Below, in pieces: positions 21,758 to 30,772 of a stretch of 64,000 bases of DNA. This DNA is from Vulcanimicrobiota bacterium. Its GTDB lineage: Bacteria > Vulcanimicrobiota > Vulcanimicrobiia > Vulcanimicrobiales > Vulcanimicrobiaceae. The stretch is from positions 128,001 to 192,000 of the forward strand of contig CAWGBN010000007.1 of NCBI GenBank assembly GCA_963820825.1, read 5' to 3'. The position numbers and the translations under genes were made by a program. The notes beneath the pieces were generated by a model, which was not told the origin of the DNA, did not search any database, and was given only the letters and a program-made list of their open reading frames with translations. The first letter of the stretch is position 1. Every line of letters starts with the position of its first letter.

Positions 21758-24700
21758 GGTACGCAGCGTTACTATCAATCCTCGGAATTGCGCTCACCCA
21801 AGTTGCGGTAGCGGGAACGACGGGCGGCATCAGCGGCATCGTCAACGTCGTCGGAACCTCGACGCCGATCCCCGGCGTCAAGGTGACGGTCACGAGTCCG
21901 TCACAGACGGCGAGCACGACGACCGACGCGCGCGGTCACTTCGCGTTCGTCTCGTTGGCGCCTGACGAGTACACGATCTCGCTGCAAAAGGACGGGTACG
22001 AGCCGCTTTCCTACGCGGGCGTCGCCGTGCTCGCCGACGCGCAGCAGACGCTCTCGCTGAACATGCGCGCCACGCTGCGGACGATCGCCAGCGTCACCTC
22101 GCGCAGCGCCGCGAGCCTAGTGCGGCCCGGCACGACGGCCGATATCTACTCGATCAACTCCGCGCAGCAGGCGCGCACCGCCGTTCTTGGCGGCGGTGGA
22201 GCGCTCAACAGCGCCTACTCCGCAATCGCGTCGGTTCCCGGCGCCTACGTTCCGGCAAATCAGAACGGCTACTTACAGTCGGTGCACGTACGCGGCGGCG
22301 ACGCGTCGGAGGTCGGCTACGAGTTCGACGGCATTCCGGTCAACCGCGCCTTCGACAACTATCCGTCGAGTTCGCTCTCGTCGCTCGGCCAGCTCGAGCT
22401 GCAGGTTTACACCGGCGCCACTCCGGCCAACGCCGAAGCGCAGGGGCTCGCCGGTTTCGTCAATCAGGTGATTAAGACCGGAACCTTCCCCGGCTACGCG
22501 ACCGCGAACTTAGGCGTGGGCTCAACCGTCTTCTACCACAGCGCGAACGTCGAGGCCGGCGGCGCGACGCCCGATCGCATGTTCTCCTACTACGTCGGCA
22601 TCGGCGGATACAATCAAGACTATCGCTACGTCGACCAGTTCGGCGGCGCCGCCTATACCAGCGAGTTCGGCCAGCAGTTGGGATCGTGTCCGGCGCCCAG
22701 CGGTCTCGCCGATACCGTTCTGCCATCGTGCTATAGCAACGGTAAGCCGAACGTCGGGCTCAACGGTACGCCGGGCTGGATTCTCGGGCCGATCGGCTTC
22801 GGCTCGATCAACGCCGCGAACGTTGCGACGCGAACCTCGGTCGTTAACTTCCACATCGCGATTCCGCACAAGCACGACGGCCTGCGCGACGACGTTCAGC
22901 TCCTTTACGATAACGACGAGATTTTCACGACGTTCTTGAGCTCGGTCAACGACGAAGGCTATCAGAACTGGATCAATACGGTGGGGGTCTTCCCGCCGTA
23001 CTATCTCGACGCGTACCAGTATCGCGGAAGCATGGGCAGCTTTCTCCCGACGAATTACGCTTCGCTCGTCACGCCCTATCTCTATCCGTCGTCGCCGCCC
23101 CATCCGTTCGACGGTCCGATCCCCGACCCGTACAATCAGCGTGACCGCGGCTACAACGGACAGGCGATCGTCAAGCTGCAATACCAAAAGAACTTCAGCT
23201 CGAACGCCTTTTTGCGGCTCTACGGCTACACGTACTACTCTGATTGGATCGAGAACGGACCGATGATGTCGCTCCAGCCGTACGCCTACTACGACTCGGG
23301 CGACTACGAGATCAACAACCACACGCGCGGCGTCAGCCTCTCGTACACCAATCAGCTCTCGCCCCAAGACTTGCTTGAAGTCGAAGGCAGCTACACCACC
23401 TCGACCGGAGCGAGAATCTACAACGAGCAGATGTTCCAGTACGGAAAGGCGTACGGCAACGCGTTTGCCGTGCTGGTCAACCGCAACGCTCCCTTCAGCG
23501 GCACCTGCTATCACCTCTCCGGTGACGGCTCGCGCACGATCGCGACAACCTGCTCCGACGGACAGGCCGGCGGCGTCAGCTACGGCCTCCTTCCGACCTT
23601 TTTGAAGCTCAACAGTCCGGGGGCACACTCGAACATTACCGGCCTGCAGTGCGGCAACGGTCCCTGCGCGTATTACGTCGCCGAAAACGGCACGTACGGA
23701 TTGAACAATACCGTGACGCCTTACTTCTCCGGATACTCGCTTACCGATCAGTGGCGTCCGAACGACCGGCTCTTCTTCAACTTTGGCCTTCGCGTCGACA
23801 ACTACGATTATGTGGGCGCAAATACGGTGACCGGCGCGGCGCGAAACTTCTGGTTCAACGCCTTCAATCAGGATACGTGCTACGACACGCAGACGCTTAC
23901 GCTGGTCGACCGCAGCGCCCTCGGGGGGTCGGGCGGCAACTGGAGCACGAACTCGCAGAAACCTTGCTCGTCCTTCGGCAAGCAGTACGTCAATGCAAAT
24001 CTCCAGAACATCCCCGGCGCTTTCGACTACAACATCCCGCAGCCGCGCTTCGGCATGACCTATACGGTGAATCCGAATACGGTACTGCGGGCGAGCTACG
24101 GCCGGTATAACGAGCAGCCCAGCGCCGCCTACGAGCAGTACAACTCGCTGGAACAGAATCTGCCCGACACCCTCGCGCAGTTCTACTCGCTCGGCTTCAC
24201 CACGCCGGGCCATGCGGTCGCGCCGTCGGTCTCCTACAACAGCGACCTCTCGATCGAGCATCACTTTCCGGGGACCGATATGTCGTTCAAGCTGACGCCC
24301 TTCCTTCGACAGACTCAGGACCAGGTCGAAAACTTCTACATCAACTACACCGCGGGAATCACCTCGGGGCTCAACGCGGGCTATCAAACCTCGTCAGGCT
24401 TCGAGTTCCAGTTCGACAAGGGCGATTTTAACCGCAACGGCTTTGCCGGCCAGCTCTCGTTTGCGTACACCTATGCGACGGTAAAGTTCAGTACGTTACC
24501 GAACGGGTCGAACGTGCTTTCGCCCCTCAACTCGTCGATCGCGCAGTACAACGCCTATACGAAAGCCTGCGCGCCGGGCGGAAACTCGTACGGGAAGAAG
24601 CAGTTCGGCGAAGCGCTCTGCGGCTATACCAGCAACGGCACCTACGCCGCGCCGTGCTACCGGCCCAACGGCACGCCCGACCAGGGTTGCAAAGCCGGTG

Positions 24701-25437
24701 ACGTCGCGAATCCGTACTGGCTCTCCCCGGCTTTCTCGCTGCTGAATCCGACCGCCGCATATCTGCCGTTCTCGATCTTCCCCGGACCGATCGGATCCGG
24801 AGTGAACGCCTTCAACTATCCATATGTCGCGACGATGCTCTTGAACTACAAGCACGACCGCTTCACGATCACGCCGTCGTTTCAGTTCGTCGCCGGCAAT
24901 CGCTACGGCGCACCACTCACCACGCCGGGCATCGATCCGGCGGCCGGCTGCGGAAGGCCGCTCGCCGGAAGTGCCACGCACGATCCGCGCTATCCCTACG
25001 GTGCGGCCGGCGGCGGACCGTTTAACGCCAACAATCCCGGCTGCGCGGCGACGCTTTCGATTCCCGACCCGTACACGGGGCAGTTCGACGCCATCGGCGC
25101 CTTCCGCGAGCCCGCGCAGCTCTTGGGACACCTGCAGCTGTCGTACGAGCTGTCGCCGCGCGTCACCGCTTCGGTAACGCTGGCCAACCTTCTGCAGACC
25201 TGCTTCGGCGGCCAGCAGACCGCCTTTACCTACTTCTGGAATAGTCATACCTGCATCTACACCACGCTGATCGGCGGTCCGTATACGCCGCCGGTCGGCA
25301 ACGCGTACAACCCCGGCGCGAACGTGCAGACGTTCTTACGTTATCCGTACGAACCGTACTTCGGAACCTACAACGATCAGACGAGCTCGCTCTCAGAGCC
25401 GTTCAACGCCTACTTCAGCCTCAAGGTGAGCATTTAA
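21754..25437 (+). CDS. TonB-dependent receptor with N-terminal carboxypeptidase-regulatory-like domain
   Basis: GGAGG then GTG overlapping the upstream TGA; signal peptide; TTTDARGHF; plug VRGG...YEFDGIPVN; PRFGMTY; terminal beta-strand. Confidence 0.88.
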   Translation: MRYAALLSILGIALTQVAVAGTTGGISGIVNVVGTSTPIPGVKVTVTSPSQTASTTTDARGHFAFVSLAPDEYTISLQKDGYEPLSYAGVAVLADAQQTLSLNMRATLRTIASVTSRSAASLVRPGTTADIYSINSAQQARTAVLGGGGALNSAYSAIASVPGAYVPANQNGYLQSVHVRGGDASEVGYEFDGIPVNRAFDNYPSSSLSSLGQLELQVYTGATPANAEAQGLAGFVNQVIKTGTFPGYATANLGVGSTVFYHSANVEAGGATPDRMFSYYVGIGGYNQDYRYVDQFGGAAYTSEFGQQLGSCPAPSGLADTVLPSCYSNGKPNVGLNGTPGWILGPIGFGSINAANVATRTSVVNFHIAIPHKHDGLRDDVQLLYDNDEIFTTFLSSVNDEGYQNWINTVGVFPPYYLDAYQYRGSMGSFLPTNYASLVTPYLYPSSPPHPFDGPIPDPYNQRDRGYNGQAIVKLQYQKNFSSNAFLRLYGYTYYSDWIENGPMMSLQPYAYYDSGDYEINNHTRGVSLSYTNQLSPQDLLEVEGSYTTSTGARIYNEQMFQYGKAYGNAFAVLVNRNAPFSGTCYHLSGDGSRTIATTCSDGQAGGVSYGLLPTFLKLNSPGAHSNITGLQCGNGPCAYYVAENGTYGLNNTVTPYFSGYSLTDQWRPNDRLFFNFGLRVDNYDYVGANTVTGAARNFWFNAFNQDTCYDTQTLTLVDRSALGGSGGNWSTNSQKPCSSFGKQYVNANLQNIPGAFDYNIPQPRFGMTYTVNPNTVLRASYGRYNEQPSAAYEQYNSLEQNLPDTLAQFYSLGFTTPGHAVAPSVSYNSDLSIEHHFPGTDMSFKLTPFLRQTQDQVENFYINYTAGITSGLNAGYQTSSGFEFQFDKGDFNRNGFAGQLSFAYTYATVKFSTLPNGSNVLSPLNSSIAQYNAYTKACAPGGNSYGKKQFGEALCGYTSNGTYAAPCYRPNGTPDQGCKAGDVANPYWLSPAFSLLNPTAAYLPFSIFPGPIGSGVNAFNYPYVATMLLNYKHDRFTITPSFQFVAGNRYGAPLTTPGIDPAAGCGRPLAGSATHDPRYPYGAAGGGPFNANNPGCAATLSIPDPYTGQFDAIGAFREPAQLLGHLQLSYELSPRVTASVTLANLLQTCFGGQQTAFTYFWNSHTCIYTTLIGGPYTPPVGNAYNPGANVQTFLRYPYEPYFGTYNDQTSSLSEPFNAYFSLKVSI

Positions 25438-25438
25438 A

Positions 25439-27019
25439 TTGAATTACGATGCAATCGTCGTCGGCGGCGGCCATAACGGCCTCGTGACCGCCTGCTATCT
25501 CGCGCGCGCGAAGTGGCGCGTGCTCGTGCTCGAGCGGCGCTACGTCGTCGGCGGTGCCTGCGTGACCGAAGAAGTCTTTCCCGGCTTTAAGGTCTCCACC
25601 GCGGCCTACGTCAACAGCCTCTTCCGGCCCGAGATCATCGCCGATCTTCGCCTCAACGACTACGGCTTCGAAGCGATCGAACGCAATCCGGCCTCCTTCT
25701 CCCCATTTTTGGACGGGCGTTACTTGATGCTCGGCCGGGGCATCGCCGCGGACGCACAAGAGATCGCCAAGTTCAGCAACCGCGACGCCGAGAACTATCC
25801 GAAGTACGAAGCGATGCTCGAGCGCGTCGCTTCGGTCGTCGAACCGACGCTGACGCAGGTTCCGCCCAACCTCATGCGCCCGACGCTCGGACAGCTGGTC
25901 GAAGCGGGGAAGATGGGACGCGCGCTGCAGCGGCTCGGACCGTCCATGGGCGAGGCAGTCGAGGTGCTCACCGGCGCCGCACGGCCGATTCTCGATCGCT
26001 GGTTCGAGAGCGAGGCGGTTAAAGGAACGATTGCGACCGATGCGATCATCGGAGCGTTCATGGCGCCTTCGATGCCCGGCACCGCCTACGTGCTCTTTCA
26101 CCACGTGATGGGCGAGACGAACGGAAAGCGCGGCGTCTGGAGCTACGTCCGCGGCGGCATGGGCGGTTTGACGCAAGCGCTCGCGTCGGCTGCAAAAGAT
26201 CTGGGCGTCGAGATTCGCACCGAGGCCGAGGTCGCCCGCATTCTCACGCGTCGCGGCCGAGTCACCGGCGTCGCGCTCACCAGCGGTGAGGAGTTCCAAG
26301 CCAAGCACGTCGCCAGCGGCGTCGATTGTCACCTCACCTTTGAACGCCTCGTCGATCCGGCCGAGCTGCCCGAGGGGTTTCGCGACGCGGTCGCCCGCAT
26401 CTCGTATAGCAGCGCGTCGTGCAAGATCAACGTCGCGCTCGAGCATCTTCCCAGCTTCACCGCGCTTCCCGGACACGAACCGGGGCCGCAGCATTTCGGC
26501 ACGGTGCATCTCTGTCCCGATCAAGACTTCATCGAGCGCGCGTACGACGACGCAAAGTACGGCTCGATGTCGCGCGAGCCGGTCGTCGAGTGCACGATGC
26601 CGTCCTCACTCGATTCGACCGTCGCACCGCCCGGCAAGCACCTGATGTCGATGTTCACGCAGTACGCACCGTACGAGCTCAAAGAGGGTCCGTGGACCGA
26701 CGCGCTGCGCAACGAGTATGCCGACCGTTGCTTCGAGATCGTCGAACGCTATGCACCCGGATTCAAAGCATCGGTGATCGACCGGCAAATTCTAACGCCG
26801 GTCGATCTTGAGGAGAAGTTTGGACTGACCGGCGGGAGCATCTTCCAAGGCGCGATGCCGCTCCATCAGCTCTTCGCGTTTCGACCGGTGCCGGGGTACG
26901 CCGGATACACCACGCCGATTCGGGGCCTCTATCTCTGCGGAGCGGCGGCGCATCCCGGGGGCGGCGTCATGGGCGCGTCCGGCTGGAACGCCGCTCGCGT
27001 CATGCTCAGCGGAAAATAG
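25439..27019 (+). CDS. Phytoene-dehydrogenase-like (COG1233/PYROXD2-like) FAD oxidoreductase
   Basis: GGGHNGL, GGACVTEE.FPGFKVS, GGMGGL, GLYLCGAAAHPGGGVMG. Confidence 0.9.
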   Translation: MNYDAIVVGGGHNGLVTACYLARAKWRVLVLERRYVVGGACVTEEVFPGFKVSTAAYVNSLFRPEIIADLRLNDYGFEAIERNPASFSPFLDGRYLMLGRGIAADAQEIAKFSNRDAENYPKYEAMLERVASVVEPTLTQVPPNLMRPTLGQLVEAGKMGRALQRLGPSMGEAVEVLTGAARPILDRWFESEAVKGTIATDAIIGAFMAPSMPGTAYVLFHHVMGETNGKRGVWSYVRGGMGGLTQALASAAKDLGVEIRTEAEVARILTRRGRVTGVALTSGEEFQAKHVASGVDCHLTFERLVDPAELPEGFRDAVARISYSSASCKINVALEHLPSFTALPGHEPGPQHFGTVHLCPDQDFIERAYDDAKYGSMSREPVVECTMPSSLDSTVAPPGKHLMSMFTQYAPYELKEGPWTDALRNEYADRCFEIVERYAPGFKASVIDRQILTPVDLEEKFGLTGGSIFQGAMPLHQLFAFRPVPGYAGYTTPIRGLYLCGAAAHPGGGVMGASGWNAARVMLSGK

Positions 27020-27022
27020 CGC

Positions 27023-27307
27023 ATGAGCGAAGACGCAGTCTCCAAGCTCGCGGAGATCTTACGTCAGGTCGGTGAGGTTCACCACGTCGTTTTCGCCGAT
27101 ACCGACGGAAACGACGAAGATTGGGCGACGTTCTACTCCGACTGGCTGCTCGCCCATTCGGAGTTTCCGCGCCTGCTCGCGCGTCCTCCCGTGCGCAGCC
27201 ACCTCACGCGCGATTTGGTCGAGCTCGACCAAGCCTATACCGCAGCGGCGCCCTCCCAACCGTGGCCGGCGTGGTATGCCACGCGTCTGACCGAGAAGTA
27301 CCGCTGA
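27023..27307 (+). CDS. Small hypothetical protein
   Basis: Tightly packed in the operon; HHVVFADTDGNDEDWATFY. Confidence 0.65.
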   Translation: MSEDAVSKLAEILRQVGEVHHVVFADTDGNDEDWATFYSDWLLAHSEFPRLLARPPVRSHLTRDLVELDQAYTAAAPSQPWPAWYATRLTEKYR

Positions 27308-27322
27308 AGAACGGCGGTTGAG

Positions 27323-27985
27323 ATGCATTCACCGCACGGCGAGTTCGAGCTTTCGCCGCTCTTCGATCTCGGCGCGACGTTCTTTTGGGCCGTCTCCGGC
27401 GCGGGGCTCGGCGTGCGCTACGGCTACGATTACACCGGAATCTTCGTCATGGCGTTCGTCTCGGCCGTCGGCGGCGGGCTCTTGCGCGACGGCATCTTTC
27501 TGCAGCACGTTCCGGTCGCGCTAAAGAACCCGAGCTATCTCATCGTCGTGCTCTGCGGTGCGTTCGTCGGCACCGTGACCAGCGTCGCGGCCGGCGGCCG
27601 CAAGCCGTCGGCGGCCTATCAAACGCTGCTCAACGTCGTCGACGCGCTCGGCCTTGGGGCGTACGCATGCGTCGGCGCGCAGATGACCCTGCAGATGGGC
27701 CTCTCGGTCCCCGCCGCGATCTTGGTCGGCGTGGTCAACGCCGTCGGCGGCGGACTGCTGCGCGACGTTCTCGTGAACCGCGTCTGGATGCTGCCCGGTC
27801 AGCTTCTGACGATCGCCGCGCTCGCCGGCGTCTCGCTCTTCGTGTTGCTTGTCGAGGTCGCGCCGCTCCATGCTGGAACCGCAGCATGGGCCGCGATTAC
27901 GCTGACCTTCGTCATTCGCATGCTGGCGATTCGCTACGATTGGCGAACGCGCTCGCTGATCTCCACCGAAAACCCGCCGCCGTAG
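27323..27985 (+). CDS. TRIC/UPF0126 (YadS-like) membrane protein
   Basis: Duplicated AVGGGLLRD motif; DALGLG. Confidence 0.9.
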   Translation: MHSPHGEFELSPLFDLGATFFWAVSGAGLGVRYGYDYTGIFVMAFVSAVGGGLLRDGIFLQHVPVALKNPSYLIVVLCGAFVGTVTSVAAGGRKPSAAYQTLLNVVDALGLGAYACVGAQMTLQMGLSVPAAILVGVVNAVGGGLLRDVLVNRVWMLPGQLLTIAALAGVSLFVLLVEVAPLHAGTAAWAAITLTFVIRMLAIRYDWRTRSLISTENPPP

Positions 27986-28696
27986 CTAATCCATATCCTT
28001 CGCGGCGGCGCTCGGCTTCACGTTGGGATTGTGTTCGGCAAACGCACCCAGCGGATTGGGTATGAGCCAAACCTGGAGATCCCACAGCGCCGGGAAGCTA
28101 AAGACGAATGCGACGTCGGCCGCGCTCTGCGGCTGGGGTATGCCGAGCTTCTTCCAACGGTCGAGTTTGCTAATCTTGACGACGTCGGCCGCCGTTGGAT
28201 TGTCCGCCGAACCGCCGACCGTCGCCATCGTCTTCGAACCGGCACCGCCAAATGCGAGTCCCGATGCCGTCTTAATGGCGAAGTGCACGTGGGCCGGCGA
28301 GAAGTCGAGGAAACGCGAGGGCGAGACGCCCCACACGTTCGGACGCCCCGGCGAACTGCTCTGCAGCACCGAAAAGTCGGCGCCGATCAGCCGGCCGTTG
28401 ACATCGTACCAGAGCTGGCTGGGATGCGTCGCATCGCTCGCCCAGTTGCTCGTATTCACCCAGCTAATTGCGCCGGTTTGATCCTCGTCGGTGTAGCGAA
28501 AGTAGCCCGCAGCCGACGCCTTTGCGGTCGTCGAGAAGCGATCTTGCAGATCGGTGGTAACCGATGCTACGAACTGTTTCTCCGAGGCCGACTCGGCAGG
28601 AGCTGCGGTCGGCGCGGGGCTTGCGGCCGGCATAGCGGCCGAAGTGGCAAGAACGATAGCAAAAAGGACGGCGGCGCGATCGATTAACTTCTTCAT
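27986..28696 (-). CDS. Secreted hypothetical protein
   Basis: MKKLIDR signal peptide; HVHF; WDLQVWLIPNPLGAFAEHNPNV. Confidence 0.7.
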   Translation of the reverse strand: MKKLIDRAAVLFAIVLATSAAMPAASPAPTAAPAESASEKQFVASVTTDLQDRFSTTAKASAAGYFRYTDEDQTGAISWVNTSNWASDATHPSQLWYDVNGRLIGADFSVLQSSSPGRPNVWGVSPSRFLDFSPAHVHFAIKTASGLAFGGAGSKTMATVGGSADNPTAADVVKISKLDRWKKLGIPQPQSAADVAFVFSFPALWDLQVWLIPNPLGAFAEHNPNVKPSAAAKDMD

Positions 28697-28776
28697 GCCG
28701 CAGCGATTCCGGTTTTTCCCGGCGCTTCCTCGTTCGCTCGCGGGATGTTGCGCCGCCGGCGCCAACGTTGCAATCG

Positions 28777-30663
28777 ATGGATGCGCGCCGGCGAGCAACG
28801 CTGCAGCAGGTCGTCGCCACATTCGCGCCACGCGACGCGCGCATCGGGCGCGTTACCGAACTTGCCGCCCGCGCGATCGATGCTTTGACGCTGCGGCGGC
28901 GCACCGACCTATTGCGGCTGCTCGACCTCTTATGGCTTCCGATGAAGGCCGGGGATGCTGCGCGGGCGGCCTTTCTGCGAACCCTTGCGCACTCGCGGGC
29001 CGGAACGCTCCGTACCGGCTTTGCGGCGCTCAAGCGGCTCGCGCTCTTCCTGAGCTATGCCGAGAGTGAGGCCGGCAGCGAGAATCCGACCTGGACGCGG
29101 ATCGGCTATCCCGGCCCTCGCGGCGACGCCGCCGCCGTCGCGACGTCGTGGCCGCTGCAAACCGCTCGCAACGGCGAGAGCATTCGCGCGGAGGTCGTGG
29201 TCATCGGGAGCGGTGCGGGTGGGGGCGTCGTCGCATCCTCCTTCGCCCGCGCCGGCAAGCGCGTCGTCCTCCTCGAAGCCGGCGGTGCGTATGCGCCTGA
29301 CCGTTTTGCGCAGCGCGAGTTGATGACGTCCGAGCTCTATCTCGAGGGCGGCCTTGCGTCGAGTCACGATCTCGGCATCGTCATTCTCGCGGGCGCGACG
29401 CTCGGCGGCGGCACCACCGTCAACTGGTGCACCAGCCTGCGCCTCCCCGACCGGATCGCGCACGAATGGGAAGAGCGTAGCGGCATCCGCAGCCTCGGCA
29501 AAGAGCTCGCGCCGCATTACGCGGCGATCGAAGAGCGCCTCGATATCCGGCCGGCCTCACACCACAACGCAAACAATCGCGCGATCCTCGAGGGCGCTCG
29601 GGACCTGGGGGTGCACGCCGCCGTCTCTCCGCGCAACGCGGCGGGGGACTGCGGTGATGGCTGCGGTTACTGCGGCTACGGCTGCGCGTACAACAAAAAA
29701 CGCTCGACGGCCGCGACGTTCTTACACGATCTCTCGCAGAGCGAGGGCGCCATCTACGCAAATGCAACCGCCGAACGCATCACGGCGAGCGGAACACGAG
29801 CGCGAAGCGTGCGCGTGCGGCAGACCGGCCCCGGCGGCGCGCCGGTCGCGTTTGACGTCGAAGCCGATCTCGTCGTGCTCGCCGCGGGCGCACTGCGGAC
29901 GCCCGGAATCCTGGCACGGAGCGGCATCGCGCACCCGCTGCTCGGCAAACGGCTCTTCCTGCATCCCGTCGCCGCGGCGATCGCCGAGTTCGAGCGTCCG
30001 GTCGAGCCGTGGATCGGGCCGATGCAGAGCGCCTACTCCGATGCCTTCAACTATCGGGCCGGGAATTACGGAGCGAAGGTCGAGGTCGCGCCGGCGCATC
30101 CGGGCATGGCGGCGCTCGCGCTTCCGTGGCCGAGCCGCGCGCGCCACTCCGAGCTCATGGAGCGCTTTCGCAATGTCGCGACGCTCTTCGCGTTGACGCG
30201 CGACCGCGATCCCGGCTCGATCGATCTCGACGATGAAGCCGCCGTTCGCTACGGCCTCTCGCCGTTTGACGGCGAGAATCTGATCGCCGGCCTCGCCGGT
30301 CTCTTCGATCTCGGTTTCGCCGCGGGCGCCGTTCGCATGATGACCCTGCACGCGAAGCACATCGAGATCGAGCGCGACGCATGGAACGGCAACGCCCGCG
30401 ACTCGTTAGTGCAGCGCCTGCACCGGATCGGGATCGCACCGAACCGGCAAATTCTCTTCTCTGCGCATCAAATGGGAACCGCGGCGATGGGCTCGAACGC
30501 CGCGGACTCAGTCGTCGATCCGGCCGGACGGGTTTGGGGTCACGAGAATCTCCTCGTTGCCGATGCTTCGGTCTTTCCGCAATCGAGCGGCGTCAACCCA
30601 ATGCTCACGATCATGGCGATGGCGGGCCGCATCGCGGTGCAACGCGGAGGGATGCCCCGCTAG
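28777..30663 (+). CDS. GMC oxidoreductase (long-chain alcohol oxidase-like)
   Basis: GSGAGGG, LGGGTTVNW, CGDGCGYCGYGC, SAHQMGT, DASVFP..SGVNP. Confidence 0.9.
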   Translation: MDARRRATLQQVVATFAPRDARIGRVTELAARAIDALTLRRRTDLLRLLDLLWLPMKAGDAARAAFLRTLAHSRAGTLRTGFAALKRLALFLSYAESEAGSENPTWTRIGYPGPRGDAAAVATSWPLQTARNGESIRAEVVVIGSGAGGGVVASSFARAGKRVVLLEAGGAYAPDRFAQRELMTSELYLEGGLASSHDLGIVILAGATLGGGTTVNWCTSLRLPDRIAHEWEERSGIRSLGKELAPHYAAIEERLDIRPASHHNANNRAILEGARDLGVHAAVSPRNAAGDCGDGCGYCGYGCAYNKKRSTAATFLHDLSQSEGAIYANATAERITASGTRARSVRVRQTGPGGAPVAFDVEADLVVLAAGALRTPGILARSGIAHPLLGKRLFLHPVAAAIAEFERPVEPWIGPMQSAYSDAFNYRAGNYGAKVEVAPAHPGMAALALPWPSRARHSELMERFRNVATLFALTRDRDPGSIDLDDEAAVRYGLSPFDGENLIAGLAGLFDLGFAAGAVRMMTLHAKHIEIERDAWNGNARDSLVQRLHRIGIAPNRQILFSAHQMGTAAMGSNAADSVVDPAGRVWGHENLLVADASVFPQSSGVNPMLTIMAMAGRIAVQRGGMPR

Positions 30664-30717
30664 TCCCGCCGCCGCGGCGGGAAGCGGTCGGGTAAGCCCT
30701 CGAAGCTTTGCGCCGTC

Positions 30718-30726
30718 TGGTATACT
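30718..30726 (+). promoter_or_regulatory. Candidate extended -10 promoter element
   Basis: TGGTATACT about 50 nt upstream of GGAGG...GTG at 30773. Confidence 0.4.
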
Positions 30727-30772
30727 CACACTCAAAGGAAGTAGACCCTTTCCCGCACGGAGGCAAGTCATC

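Noticed and set aside
25439..27019. Carotenoid biosynthesis gene (crtI)
   Set aside because: The motifs fit the COG1233/PYROXD2 branch, and no crtB or crtE is nearby.
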